Origin: an uncultured Methanosarcinaceae archaeon
GTDB lineage: Archaea; Halobacteriota; Methanosarcinia; Methanosarcinales; Methanosarcinaceae
Direction: 5' to 3'
Assembly (NCBI GenBank): GCA_963727895.1
Contig: CAVSHT010000003.1
Coordinates: forward strand, 128,001 to 192,000
Length of the DNA stretch: 64,000 bases
The notes beneath the pieces were generated by a model, which was not told where the DNA came from, ran no database searches, and worked only from the letters and a program-made list of their open reading frames with translations. Below are positions 42,510 to 51,986 of the stretch, piece after piece (positions within the stretch are counted from its first letter, which is position 1; each line of letters opens with the position of its first letter). The position numbers were made by a program, and so were the translations under genes.

Positions 42510-42803
42510 ATGGACGAAAAATTGGGTAAAAAGTTGGGAGAAAAGTTGGAAGAAAAGTTGGGAGAAAAGTTGGGAGAAAAGTTGGGAGAAAAGTTGGGAG
42601 AAAAGTTGGGAGAAAAGAAATTGGCAATTGTAAAAGAAATAAGTAAAGATCCAAAGATAACAATTTCATAGCTAAGTCAAATAGTAGGAATTAGCACTAA
42701 TGCAATTGAAAACAACATTGCAAAACTAAAAGAAAAAGGCATTTTGAAAAGGATTGGTCCAGATAAAGGCGGATATTGGGAAGTTGATTTGGAAAACAAA
42801 TAA
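42510..42803 (+). pseudogene. Small wHTH protein with (EKLG)n N-terminus and in-frame TAG at 42669 (missed by the ORF track)
   Basis: MDEKLG...DPKITIS*LSQIVGISTNAIENNIAKLKEKGILKRIGPDKGGYWEV, like the C-terminal HTH of Fic/AlbA-type proteins. Confidence 0.78.
42516..42617 (+). repeat. 12-bp coding tandem repeat, 8 units
   Basis: GAAAAGTTGGGA units, five perfect and three variant. Confidence 0.95.
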
Positions 42804-42887
42804 ATTAATTCTTGAAAATAAGTTGGGAGAAAAATTTGAATATAAAATTAAATGAGGTTTTGATGGCGTGGAAATGGTGAGTTATCT

Positions 42888-44386
42888 ATGATAGAGTATC
42901 CAAGAGGTTCAGAATGGAGAATATGGGATTTACAAGTTCAAACAATTTTAGATGATGGTTACAAATCCTTGGGAGAATTTTATCTTGAGTTAAAAGGACA
43001 AGATGTGGAGAAATGAAATAAATATATTGATGAAATGGGAAGCGAAGAAAATGCCTTGAAGTTTGATAGTAAAGACTATTTTCATGATACCTCCATAAGT
43101 GAATTGGACAGATGCTCTAATTATGTTAAAAACTTTTTTTCATTTTTATCTATATTTAGAAATGATTTAGGTTTGATAGGAGTAACAGATCATAACTATT
43201 ACCATAGTACTCTCATAGACTACTTGTACCGGTATTCTAAAAGTTATAATATAAAAGTAATCTGTGGTGTGGAAATAAATGCGTCTGGTGTTCACATGTT
43301 AATTTATTTCAATACCATACCATATGAAAAAAGAAGCATATCAGAAGGCATTAACACCTTTTTATCTAAGATTGAAGTACATAACCCCAAGACTAATGGA
43401 GTATTAACCGTTTCCAGAAAATCTGCCTTAGATGTAATAGATGAAGTTAATGGTCAAAAAGGTCTATATATATTTCCACATTGCAATTCAGCTAACGGTT
43501 TGTTTCAGGAAAGAGGAAAAACTGATCGTACCCACTTATCAAATATTTATAATCATAAACCATACATTCTTTTACAAGCGAAGAACAAAAATTCTGCAGA
43601 TCAAACATTGGAGTATATATCTCAGAATCCAAGTTTATTCAAATCCACGCCGATATTTACAATTTCCAATGATAGTAGATGTTTGAAAGACATAGGTACT
43701 TGTGATTCAACCAAATATTTTACTTGGATTAAAGCTGACCCTACTTTTAACGGACTAAAGCAAATAGTATTTGAAAATGACGAGAGGGTGAAGATACATC
43801 CCCATTGTCCTCAACAAGATTATCCTAAACCTTATTTTTCTGAAGTAAAAATTAATAATACTGAAATATTTGGTGACGATACTGTAAAATTCTGTAGTAA
43901 AGAACTTATCTTGAATCCAAATCTTGTTGCAATAATTGGAGGAAGAGGTACTGGAAAAAGTTTACTACTTGACTCAATTGCCAAGACATTTAATAAATTC
44001 AAAAAGAATGATCATGCTGATAAAATTACTATAAAACCAGGTGATTTCAAAGTTGTCTTCACAAAAAATGACAATGAGCATATTGAATACAATATTCAAC
44101 ATGAAAATTACTTAGACTATCTGCATATCCGGCAAGGTGAAGTAAAAGATATTGCAGATCCTGATAATCCTGAAAAACTTGATGCTGAAATCAAAGATCT
44201 TTTAAAACTTCCATCACTTGATGAACTACAAATAAGTACTCCAGATTCAACAATTGAAAGACTTATTAATGAAATTTTCGAAATTAAAGATTGGTTCAAT
44301 CAAAGGGATGAGTATAACAACCTAGTTAATTCACCAGAATTTAATGAAAGTAAAAATAAAGAAAAAAGGGATCTAATTAAAATATT
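42888..44386 (+). pseudogene. PHP-phosphoesterase + SMC/ABC-like ATPase (TrlF/Ppl-like), with premature TGA and 3' IS truncation
   Basis: YPRGSEWRIWDLQVQT, VTDHN, GVEIN, HML, SNDS, FTWIKADPTFNGLKQI, IIGGRGTGKS; TGA at 43014. Confidence 0.85.
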
Positions 44387-45126
44387 GGCATTGATACTTA
44401 AACATAGTTATATACTATTAGAAAGTATATTTCTTCATGAACTGCCCCAGATGCAATAGTTCCAGTCACAAAAAGAATTGTATAGTTGGCGGGCGTCAAC
44501 GGTACAAATGCTCTGATTGTGGCTATAACTATACAGTAGAGCTAAAATCAACTGCTTTTTCCGCCTCTGTTAAAAGACAGGCTTTACAACTCTATCTTGA
44601 AGGATTGGGCTTTCGCTCAATAGGAAGAGTTTTAGGGGTAAGTCATGTTTCTGTCCAAAGATGGATCAAGAAATCTGGTCAGAAGTTAGAAGACCTAAAA
44701 AGTGAAAATGAGATATCTATTGTTGAAATGGATGAAATGCACACGTACATCGGTAACAAAAAAAATATTGCTGGATCTGGATTGCTGTTGATAGAGTTGG
44801 GAAAAAGTTCATCAACTGCTCTTTTGGCAGCAGAGGAACGGAAACTGGAAAACTACTCTGGGAAAAAGTGAAGAAAAAAGAGATTGGAGAAGTGATGACA
44901 GATCACTGGAGGGCATATGCAGAGTTTCGTCCAGAAACTATTCATACTCAATCAAAAGCAGAAACGTATACTGCTGAAGGATATAACAGCATATTGAGGC
45001 ACTTTTTGGCAAGGTTGAGAAGAAAGACAAAGTGTTATGCGAAGAGTCTTGAAATGCTAAAGTACTCGGTTCTTCTATTGATGAAATACAGAAATAAATA
45101 ACTAGATATATTTAGTTAACAATACC
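44387..45126 (+). mobile_element. IS1-family insertion sequence, copy 5 (740 bp)
   Basis: Terminal IRs; no TSD (AAAATATT vs ATTTTTTC); insA 44437-44871. Confidence 0.95.
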
Positions 45127-45528
45127 ATTTTTTCCCAAATTGCGCTGCAACATTTATAAATTACTAACTTTAATTTTTATGACAGAATTTGTATAAAAAT
45201 AAGGATTTATACAGAGCTAAAAGAGTAGATACATAACTAACGTCTTTATTTAATTTCTTCTTATAGATTCCTCAAACAACAAAACATATATCGAGAAACT
45301 TATTACTACTCATAGAAATAAACAAATGGATTTTCAATAAGTATTTTCCATGAGCATACAGGAACTAAGATGTACTACATCAAGATCATGCTTTTTAAGA
45401 GCATTTGCTAGACGGTAGATTCTTCTGCCTGAACAGCCCCCACAAGTGAAAAAAGCAATCATCTGAGTATCTTCATCATAGGTTAAATTGAGCCGATCTC
45501 ATAGTTACTCAAATAATTGCTTTATACT

Positions 45529-45867
45529 TTACAGCAGGCGTGTAGATTCTGTTTGTTTGGGTGCTTTTACTACCAGCACCCTGAAAACACCTTCTCCAGG
45601 ATTCAAAAGACGGTGAGGAATTTTTGCAGGACTTTCTATTAGTGTATCTTTACTGACTTCCTGCTGTTCGTCACCGATTTCAACAACACCATTTCCCTCA
45701 AGAATATAGAAAAAGACGTTTGTAGGAGTTATATGCTTTTTTAAGGATTCTCCTGGTTTTAACTCTATGTGCACTGCCTGAGCATGGTCAGTATCATAAA
45801 GCATTCTAACGCTCACGTTATGAGGATTTGGTTTTTCAGGTGAAGATCTCATCTCAATAACTTTCAT
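45529..45867 (-). CDS. Cupin domain protein
   Basis: L.PGE.LKKH.TP..VFFYILEG.G...IG, SPA.IPH.L.N. Confidence 0.88.
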   Translation of the reverse strand: MKVIEMRSSPEKPNPHNVSVRMLYDTDHAQAVHIELKPGESLKKHITPTNVFFYILEGNGVVEIGDEQQEVSKDTLIESPAKIPHRLLNPGEGVFRVLVVKAPKQTESTRLL

Positions 45868-46178
45868 ATAACTCTCCCCTTTTGACCACAATATTTAATT
45901 TCAGCATATTCAGGCATAACGCATACCGAAATTTGGGTAGTATTTTTGGGTCTGTTCTAATTGTTTCAATTAACACTATGTATTCATATTCTTGTAAAAT
46001 CTACTCTACACGTTCCTGATTAATATAGGAATTTTCATTAATTTTAGAAAAATATGAATACGAACTCCTGAAATTCTTGAGATATTTGGAATCAAGAGAT
46101 TACAGGAGAAAACGTTTTACATCGAAAATATATCAGAAGACATTCAAAACTAATTAAACAATTTTAGAACTATAAATA

Positions 46179-46838
46179 TTACAGGCCTACTTGAGCTTTG
46201 AAATTCTCAAGGCCTATTTCATCAATAAACTTACCAAGTCTCTTTTTTGTACCAGAGTTTTTATAAAAATTAATTATCTTTTCTATATTTTCAAGGACTT
46301 CTTCTTCGGAAAGTTCCTTTGCAACAACCTCAGCAAGTCTTGGAGATGCAGCCGCAGCACCTCCTACCATCAGAGTATATCCTTTGGCAGTGCCCATTAC
46401 CCCTATATCTTTAATAGCAGGCTCAGAGCAGGAATTTGGACAGCCGGAAACCGCCATCTTGAACTTGGAAGGCATTGACATCCCGTGATATTTTGCATCC
46501 AGCTTAAGACCCAAACCTACTGCATCCTGTTTACCCTGCTTGCAGAAAGTTGTACCAGGACATATCTTTATACTTCTTACGCAAAGCCCTACAGCTGCCC
46601 CAGGTTTCATATCAAGGTCAGCCCACGCATTATCAAGATCTTCTTCTTTTAAGCCTACAATTGCGATCCTCTGAGCAGATGTCAATTTAAGAGCGGCAGC
46701 CCCATATTTTTCTGCAACGTCAGCAATTTTCCTGAGGGTTTTAGGATCTACAATTCCCCCCGGAGTATGAGGAGCTATTGCATATGTTTCACGGTCTCTC
46801 TGAACGATTGCGCCTTTTTCCAGTAAATTATCTTTCAT
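46179..46838 (-). CDS. Small nitrite/sulfite reductase-like protein (siroheme/4Fe-4S module)
   Basis: PGG...L.KIADVAEKYG...KLT..QR; CPG.TFC and SGCPNSC. Confidence 0.88.
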   Translation of the reverse strand: MKDNLLEKGAIVQRDRETYAIAPHTPGGIVDPKTLRKIADVAEKYGAAALKLTSAQRIAIVGLKEEDLDNAWADLDMKPGAAVGLCVRSIKICPGTTFCKQGKQDAVGLGLKLDAKYHGMSMPSKFKMAVSGCPNSCSEPAIKDIGVMGTAKGYTLMVGGAAAASPRLAEVVAKELSEEEVLENIEKIINFYKNSGTKKRLGKFIDEIGLENFKAQVGL

Positions 46839-46946
46839 AGTTTATCATCTCTCCAAGTTCTCAAGATCTGTTTCTGAATCTGTTGAATACAGAAAACTTA
46901 TCCCAGTATATTAATATGGATGTTATTATAAATCGTTAGTTATAGT

Positions 46947-46980
46947 AGTATCCTTTTGATACCAGTATATAAGAAATACT
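46947..46980. promoter_or_regulatory. Two abutting 17-bp inverted repeats, candidate HxlR-family operators
   Basis: AGTATCCTTTTGATACC (46947-46963) and AGTATATAAGAAATACT (46964-46980) between divergent genes. Confidence 0.6.
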
Positions 46981-47014
46981 AAGTTATATATCAGACAGTT
47001 TCCATGTTTATACC

Positions 47015-47371
47015 ATGAAGGACTGCACAGTATACAAGACTATGAACATTATCGGGAAAAGATGGACGATCCACATACTTCTGGAATTACACAAAGGAGA
47101 GAAGAAGGAAAAACGTTTTAATGAACTCAAAAGAAAACTTGGCTACATAACTCCAAAAATATTATCAGAAAGGCTGACAGAACTTGAAACTGAGGGTCTG
47201 ATTACAAAAAAAGTTGATAATTCGATAAATCCCCCAAAGTCCGAGTATTACCTGACCGAAAGTGGAGTGGATTTTGTGAAAATAATACAGGCTATTAAAA
47301 GATGGGGATTAAAATGGAAATTCCAGAATGAAGAATGTGAAAAGGCAATTTGTATGTATTGCGATCGCTAA
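47015..47371 (+). CDS. HxlR/DUF24 transcriptional regulator
   Basis: N-terminal Cys, IGKRW..IL.EL, RFNEL, ITPKILSERL.ELE..GLI, PP..EY.LT..G. Confidence 0.92.
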   Translation: MKDCTVYKTMNIIGKRWTIHILLELHKGEKKEKRFNELKRKLGYITPKILSERLTELETEGLITKKVDNSINPPKSEYYLTESGVDFVKIIQAIKRWGLKWKFQNEECEKAICMYCDR

Positions 47372-47516
47372 CTGGAATTAAACAAAAAGAAAACAAACAA
47401 GAGAAAACATATCTGGAAGTAACTAGTTATAAAAAAGAAAAGAGAAACATAGTTTCTCTTCACCAAACATATAGAAAAACTTTAACAAATATAGGATTGT
47501 GCCTTTATTTCCATAC

Positions 47517-49325
47517 TTACATTTCAAATCTTGTCATAACTCCATGCAGTTCATCAGTAGGAAGTCTATAGAACTGAACAAACGAGGGAGAGACCTTTTT
47601 AATTATGGAAAAAATTTTCCATATTAAATTATTAGTGAATATGTCTTCTACTCCATAAAAAATTGTTTTTTCATGGATACCCTGATCTTTTAGAATCTGC
47701 TCTACATTAAGAATTTCCATATATCCGGTCTTGATCTCAAGCACCCTCAATCCTTTTGCCAGCTCTTTTGTAAACGAGCTTTCCACTCCAAAAGGACTAT
47801 CAGATTTGATAATGGAAATAAAAATATTATTTTCATAAATAATATTATTTTTAAACATTACGTGAGAAATATATTGAGGAACGTTATATGTATCTCTTGC
47901 AAAGAAGAGAGCAGTCCCTATAATTTTATTTTGGGTAGCATATAGTCGGTTATATTTTTCAAGGAAGGTATCCGCCCTCATCAATTTCATCTGCTCATAT
48001 AGTCTCTTTTGTCCGGAAGTATATATAATTATTAAAGAGAGAATGACAAGTGCTATAATAACAGACCAGTATCCTCCGTGAGGGATTTTGTAGCTATTTG
48101 AGAGAAGGAATACTATATCGATAAACGTTATAAGTAACGAAATAAAAGCTTTAGTTAGATCTTTTCTGTGATAGAATATTGAAGTCATCAATATGCCCGT
48201 GATAGACATAGTTCCTGTAACTGCCAATCCATATGCAGCTGCAAGTTTATTAGACTCTTTAAATATAACCATCATAAATAATACAGCAATAAGGAGCAAC
48301 CAATTCACAGCACTTATGTATATTTGTGATTTTAATTCCCCGGATGTATAATCAATCTTTAGCATCGGCATTGCTCGGGTGGTTATACCCTGATATACTA
48401 TAGAGAACATGCTACTTATCATAGCTTGAGAAGCGATAACTGTAGCTACAACGCTAAGCAGAAGGAATGGGATATAAAGTATGCTTGCTTGCTGGTTTAT
48501 CATCTGAAACAAGAAATTTGTCGAACCTGGATTTCGGAGAAGGAATGCTCCCTGGCCGAGATAATTCAAAATCAATGCTACAAATACGAATTTCCAGGCT
48601 TTTAAAATAGGTTCTCTTCCCAGGTGTCCCATGTCAGCATATAATGCTTCACCCCCTGTAGCGCAAAGGATGACTTCTGATAGTACAAAAAATCCTACAA
48701 TTCCGTTATTCAAAAGGAATCTTATGGCATAATAAGGATTGATAGCTTTAAGCACTTCTGGAGTGGAAAAAATAGAAGCAATACCTGAAAAACCTAAAGC
48801 TGCAAACCATATGACCATTATGGGCCCAAAAACCCATGTAATTTTTTCTATTCCTTTGCTCTGAACTGAAAAAAGTGCTACTGCAATAATACCAGAAATA
48901 AGTATGATGGCGCTTTGGCTTATGTTTTCAAACTGAGGAATTATTCGAAGACCTTCAACTGCACTCAGAATACTTATTGCAGGAGTAATTACTCCATCCC
49001 CCATTAGGAAAGATGTCCCTATATAAGCTAAAAGTGTAACTAGAGCTACATTTCTACTCGATTTAAGAAGGGGAACAAGTATTTCTTTTAAGACTATTGT
49101 ACCTCCTTCACCTTTTTTACCCAAACTCATTGCAAGCCAGGCGTATTCAAGAGTTACAAGTACAATAAGTGTCCAGATAATTAAAGATAAAACGCCTATT
49201 ATATGGTTATATGTAGGCCTTGTGAGAAGAAAAATAACTGTCAGGGTATATATTGGACTTGTACCTATATCTCCAAAAACAAGTCCCATAGAGTTCAGTA
49301 TTCCTCTAAAATTGTTGTTAGGCAT
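47517..49325 (-). CDS. kup: KUP/HAK/KT potassium transporter
   Basis: GLVFGDIGTSPIY, GEGG, GDGVITPAISILSAVEG, GGEALYADMGH, AAAYGLAV. Confidence 0.95.
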   Translation of the reverse strand: MPNNNFRGILNSMGLVFGDIGTSPIYTLTVIFLLTRPTYNHIIGVLSLIIWTLIVLVTLEYAWLAMSLGKKGEGGTIVLKEILVPLLKSSRNVALVTLLAYIGTSFLMGDGVITPAISILSAVEGLRIIPQFENISQSAIILISGIIAVALFSVQSKGIEKITWVFGPIMVIWFAALGFSGIASIFSTPEVLKAINPYYAIRFLLNNGIVGFFVLSEVILCATGGEALYADMGHLGREPILKAWKFVFVALILNYLGQGAFLLRNPGSTNFLFQMINQQASILYIPFLLLSVVATVIASQAMISSMFSIVYQGITTRAMPMLKIDYTSGELKSQIYISAVNWLLLIAVLFMMVIFKESNKLAAAYGLAVTGTMSITGILMTSIFYHRKDLTKAFISLLITFIDIVFLLSNSYKIPHGGYWSVIIALVILSLIIIYTSGQKRLYEQMKLMRADTFLEKYNRLYATQNKIIGTALFFARDTYNVPQYISHVMFKNNIIYENNIFISIIKSDSPFGVESSFTKELAKGLRVLEIKTGYMEILNVEQILKDQGIHEKTIFYGVEDIFTNNLIWKIFSIIKKVSPSFVQFYRLPTDELHGVMTRFEM

Positions 49326-50087
49326 GGTATAATACTCTCTGTGTTTTATAATATAGGTTAGTTGAATGTTTTCTTAAAGCTCTGATTATTTAACAAATAT
49401 AAGTTATAAATATAGATAAATTATAATTTATTGAGTTTGGAATGAATAAAAACTAAGAAAACTTATATAAGTTTTGACCAAATGAAGGAATTAGCAGTTA
49501 TTATTTAATTAGTTATGTTAATAATTATGGCTCTGTAGAAAACCGATCCAAATCAGCTTCATGAAGCTGAAATTATGTAAGAAAATATGGAATGAGTCAT
49601 TCATTTTAGATTAACGGACATTTGCAATTTCAGAGGATATTACAAAGCCCATTAATAAACTTATTTTAAGCGATTTTAATTCATCAATCATAACCCTTTT
49701 TTCAAGGATCATTTTTAGGAATGCAGAAGCCTATTTCCCAGTAATTAATATTTATACTTTTTGAGTAGAAGGGCTTTGCACGTAAAGTCCTAAAAATACC
49801 CTACTTAAAATGCAGATGATTGACTTTAAATACAAGATGTGAAATTTGAGAAACTTAGGGATGTTTGACAGTTTGAAATTTAATTAATTTCTCAGTTTAA
49901 ATATTAATTATGTCACTACTTGTTCAAGGCTTTAAATGGTTTTTATAGTATTTTTTTTTAAAATATTAAGTATGTCTCGATATTCAATATAAAAAATAAA
50001 ATATAATATTATGATTATGATTATTTTTCGACATGTTTATATTATCTCTCGGTATTCACTTATTATATATTTAAGTAGGCGATAATT

Positions 50088-50435
50088 ATGCAAGAAATTG
50101 AAAATAAACCGGCCCCTATAACAATAAATATTAAAACAATAAACTCCGATAGACATGTTTCCTTTGTAGCAAACCGAATATGGGGAGGATTGCAACCGAA
50201 TGGTTTATTTGAACTTAATTTTTTATTAGAGCATTCAATATTACCTGAAACTCTTACAATGCAGATAGAAAATGGAACAGAAAATGAAACATCGCGTAGC
50301 AATAAAAACGAATTCATCAGAGAAAACCAAGCAACTGCTTATCTGAGTATGGAAACATTGCTTGGATTGCAGAGTTGGTTGAATTTTAAAATTCAGGAAT
50401 TACAAGGGCTCAAACTCTTTGAAGAACAAAAATAA
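50088..50435 (+). CDS. Hypothetical protein, DUF3467-like
   Basis: ANRIWGGL.PNG.FELNF and RE.QA...LS.ET...L..WL pattern. Confidence 0.6.
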   Translation: MQEIENKPAPITINIKTINSDRHVSFVANRIWGGLQPNGLFELNFLLEHSILPETLTMQIENGTENETSRSNKNEFIRENQATAYLSMETLLGLQSWLNFKIQELQGLKLFEEQK

Positions 50436-50451
50436 TTGAGTGGGTGAAATA

Positions 50452-50850
50452 ATGACTGATAGCATCACCCCTGCTAAGTATATATTTACCACCGATGACT
50501 GTATGGGTAATAAAGTAGGTCTTAAAAAAGACACTTATGATTATAAAATAATAAGAGATCACACCGAAATAACTCCAAATATTATAAGAGAAGGGGTTGA
50601 AACCCCACATTTAGTATTTATAGATGAAATACCTACTAGATATGATTATTACAAGCTTATACTAAATCCTGTAGTAGGAAAAACAGATTTAATACACCTT
50701 ATGGTTGTGGTAGAGGGGACTGAAGATGAGTGTGCTGAAGTCATTACCGCTCATATAAGGCGTAAAACTAAAGGAGAAATCCTCGGCGGGGGCCTAATAT
50801 ACGATGCAAGTTCATCATCAAATAGAAGTGGAATACAATTCCAGATTTGA
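50452..50850 (+). CDS. Putative RelE/BECR-fold toxin-like nuclease
   Basis: KII.DH.E, P..VF, YYK, L.VVVE...EVITAH; GGTGA RBS; overlaps the next gene. Confidence 0.55.
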   Translation: MTDSITPAKYIFTTDDCMGNKVGLKKDTYDYKIIRDHTEITPNIIREGVETPHLVFIDEIPTRYDYYKLILNPVVGKTDLIHLMVVVEGTEDECAEVITAHIRRKTKGEILGGGLIYDASSSSNRSGIQFQI

Positions 50851-51082
50851 TATTCTCTATATTTTAGTAGACGAACCTACCGCCGCATATTCAGATTTAA
50901 TAGTTAAGGATGTTTCTATACGTAGAGATATGTTTACTGAAAGGATTGCTGGGGTTGTAATAGAAGAATATTCTAAAAAGAATATAGATTGTCTTAAGGA
51001 AATTTTACCAATGGATTTGGGTAGATACTTACCAGATGTACAAAAAGAAAAAAAAGAAATTCCAAGAAATATAGTTAATTAG
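50804..51082 (+). CDS. DUF2283-like protein (putative antitoxin)
   Basis: YNSRFDILYI...V.IRRD...IAGVVI..YS. Confidence 0.7.
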   Translation: MQVHHQIEVEYNSRFDILYILVDEPTAAYSDLIVKDVSIRRDMFTERIAGVVIEEYSKKNIDCLKEILPMDLGRYLPDVQKEKKEIPRNIVN

Positions 51083-51463
51083 TTTTCACCTTCACACTTT
51101 TATTTTAGTTAATATAATCAATTTATTATCTTATTTTTGAACTCTATCCCAATGACCTTTTTTACTTAAACTTTTACCTGCAAGAATTCCTGATTAATCT
51201 CAAGCTCAAACAGTTCCTGAATAACTACACAGAGGCTATTTATTACACAATATCATAATAATAACTCAATATATATAATATATATGTGTTTATTAACCGA
51301 TGCTAATTAATACTTTCAACAGATTATACTTATATTTAAATATAGCATATGCTTACGTAAAAAGTTGTTTGCACGTAAAATCAAAAAAGTGAATTTTAGA
51401 TGCAAAAACTATTGTTTAACAATATAACTCACAAAGTCCTAAACAAAACGAAATTTCCATGAT

Positions 51464-51967
51464 ATGTTTAAGATCGGTGGGATGATCATGAAAGGTTCGC
51501 AGATAAGATTGAAGTTGTATTTGGATCACTTAGGGATTCCCTTCGAAACATCGGGAATAGATAATAGAGTAAAGATACAGAAAGCCGTTTATATCGGAAA
51601 AGCTGCTGGCTTTGATCTAGGTTATCCCTATGGTTGGTATTTAAAAGGTCCTTACAGTCCTGAATTAACTAGAGATTATTATAATCTTAGTCGCGCCATA
51701 GCTCTTGGCGACAAGGAATATGAAAAATACGATTTACAAGATGATCTATCTCAAAAATTGATTAGAATTAAAGGATTAATGATGCCTCATGAAACCTCAA
51801 TATCTCAAGCAGATTGGTTAGAACTAGCAGCTTCTATTCTTTATTGTAAAAATGAATATAATTTTGATGATATAAAAACAAAAGAATATTTGACCAACGA
51901 AAAAAAACATCTAATGGATTATTATGATAATGCTGTGTCAACGTTAAAGTTATATAAACTGGCATAA
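51464..51967 (+). CDS. YwgA/SocA(Panacea)-like wHTH protein; start may be 51482 or 51488
   Basis: R.KIQK.VY...G.DLGY.YGWY.KGPYSPEL and WLELAASI. Confidence 0.75.
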   Translation: MFKIGGMIMKGSQIRLKLYLDHLGIPFETSGIDNRVKIQKAVYIGKAAGFDLGYPYGWYLKGPYSPELTRDYYNLSRAIALGDKEYEKYDLQDDLSQKLIRIKGLMMPHETSISQADWLELAASILYCKNEYNFDDIKTKEYLTNEKKHLMDYYDNAVSTLKLYKLA

Positions 51968-51986
51968 TAACTTTTTACTAGATATT

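Noticed and set aside
42454..42669. ORF with (LPTF)n
   Set aside because: Antisense translation of the 12-bp repeat; the plus frame encodes a recognisable wHTH.
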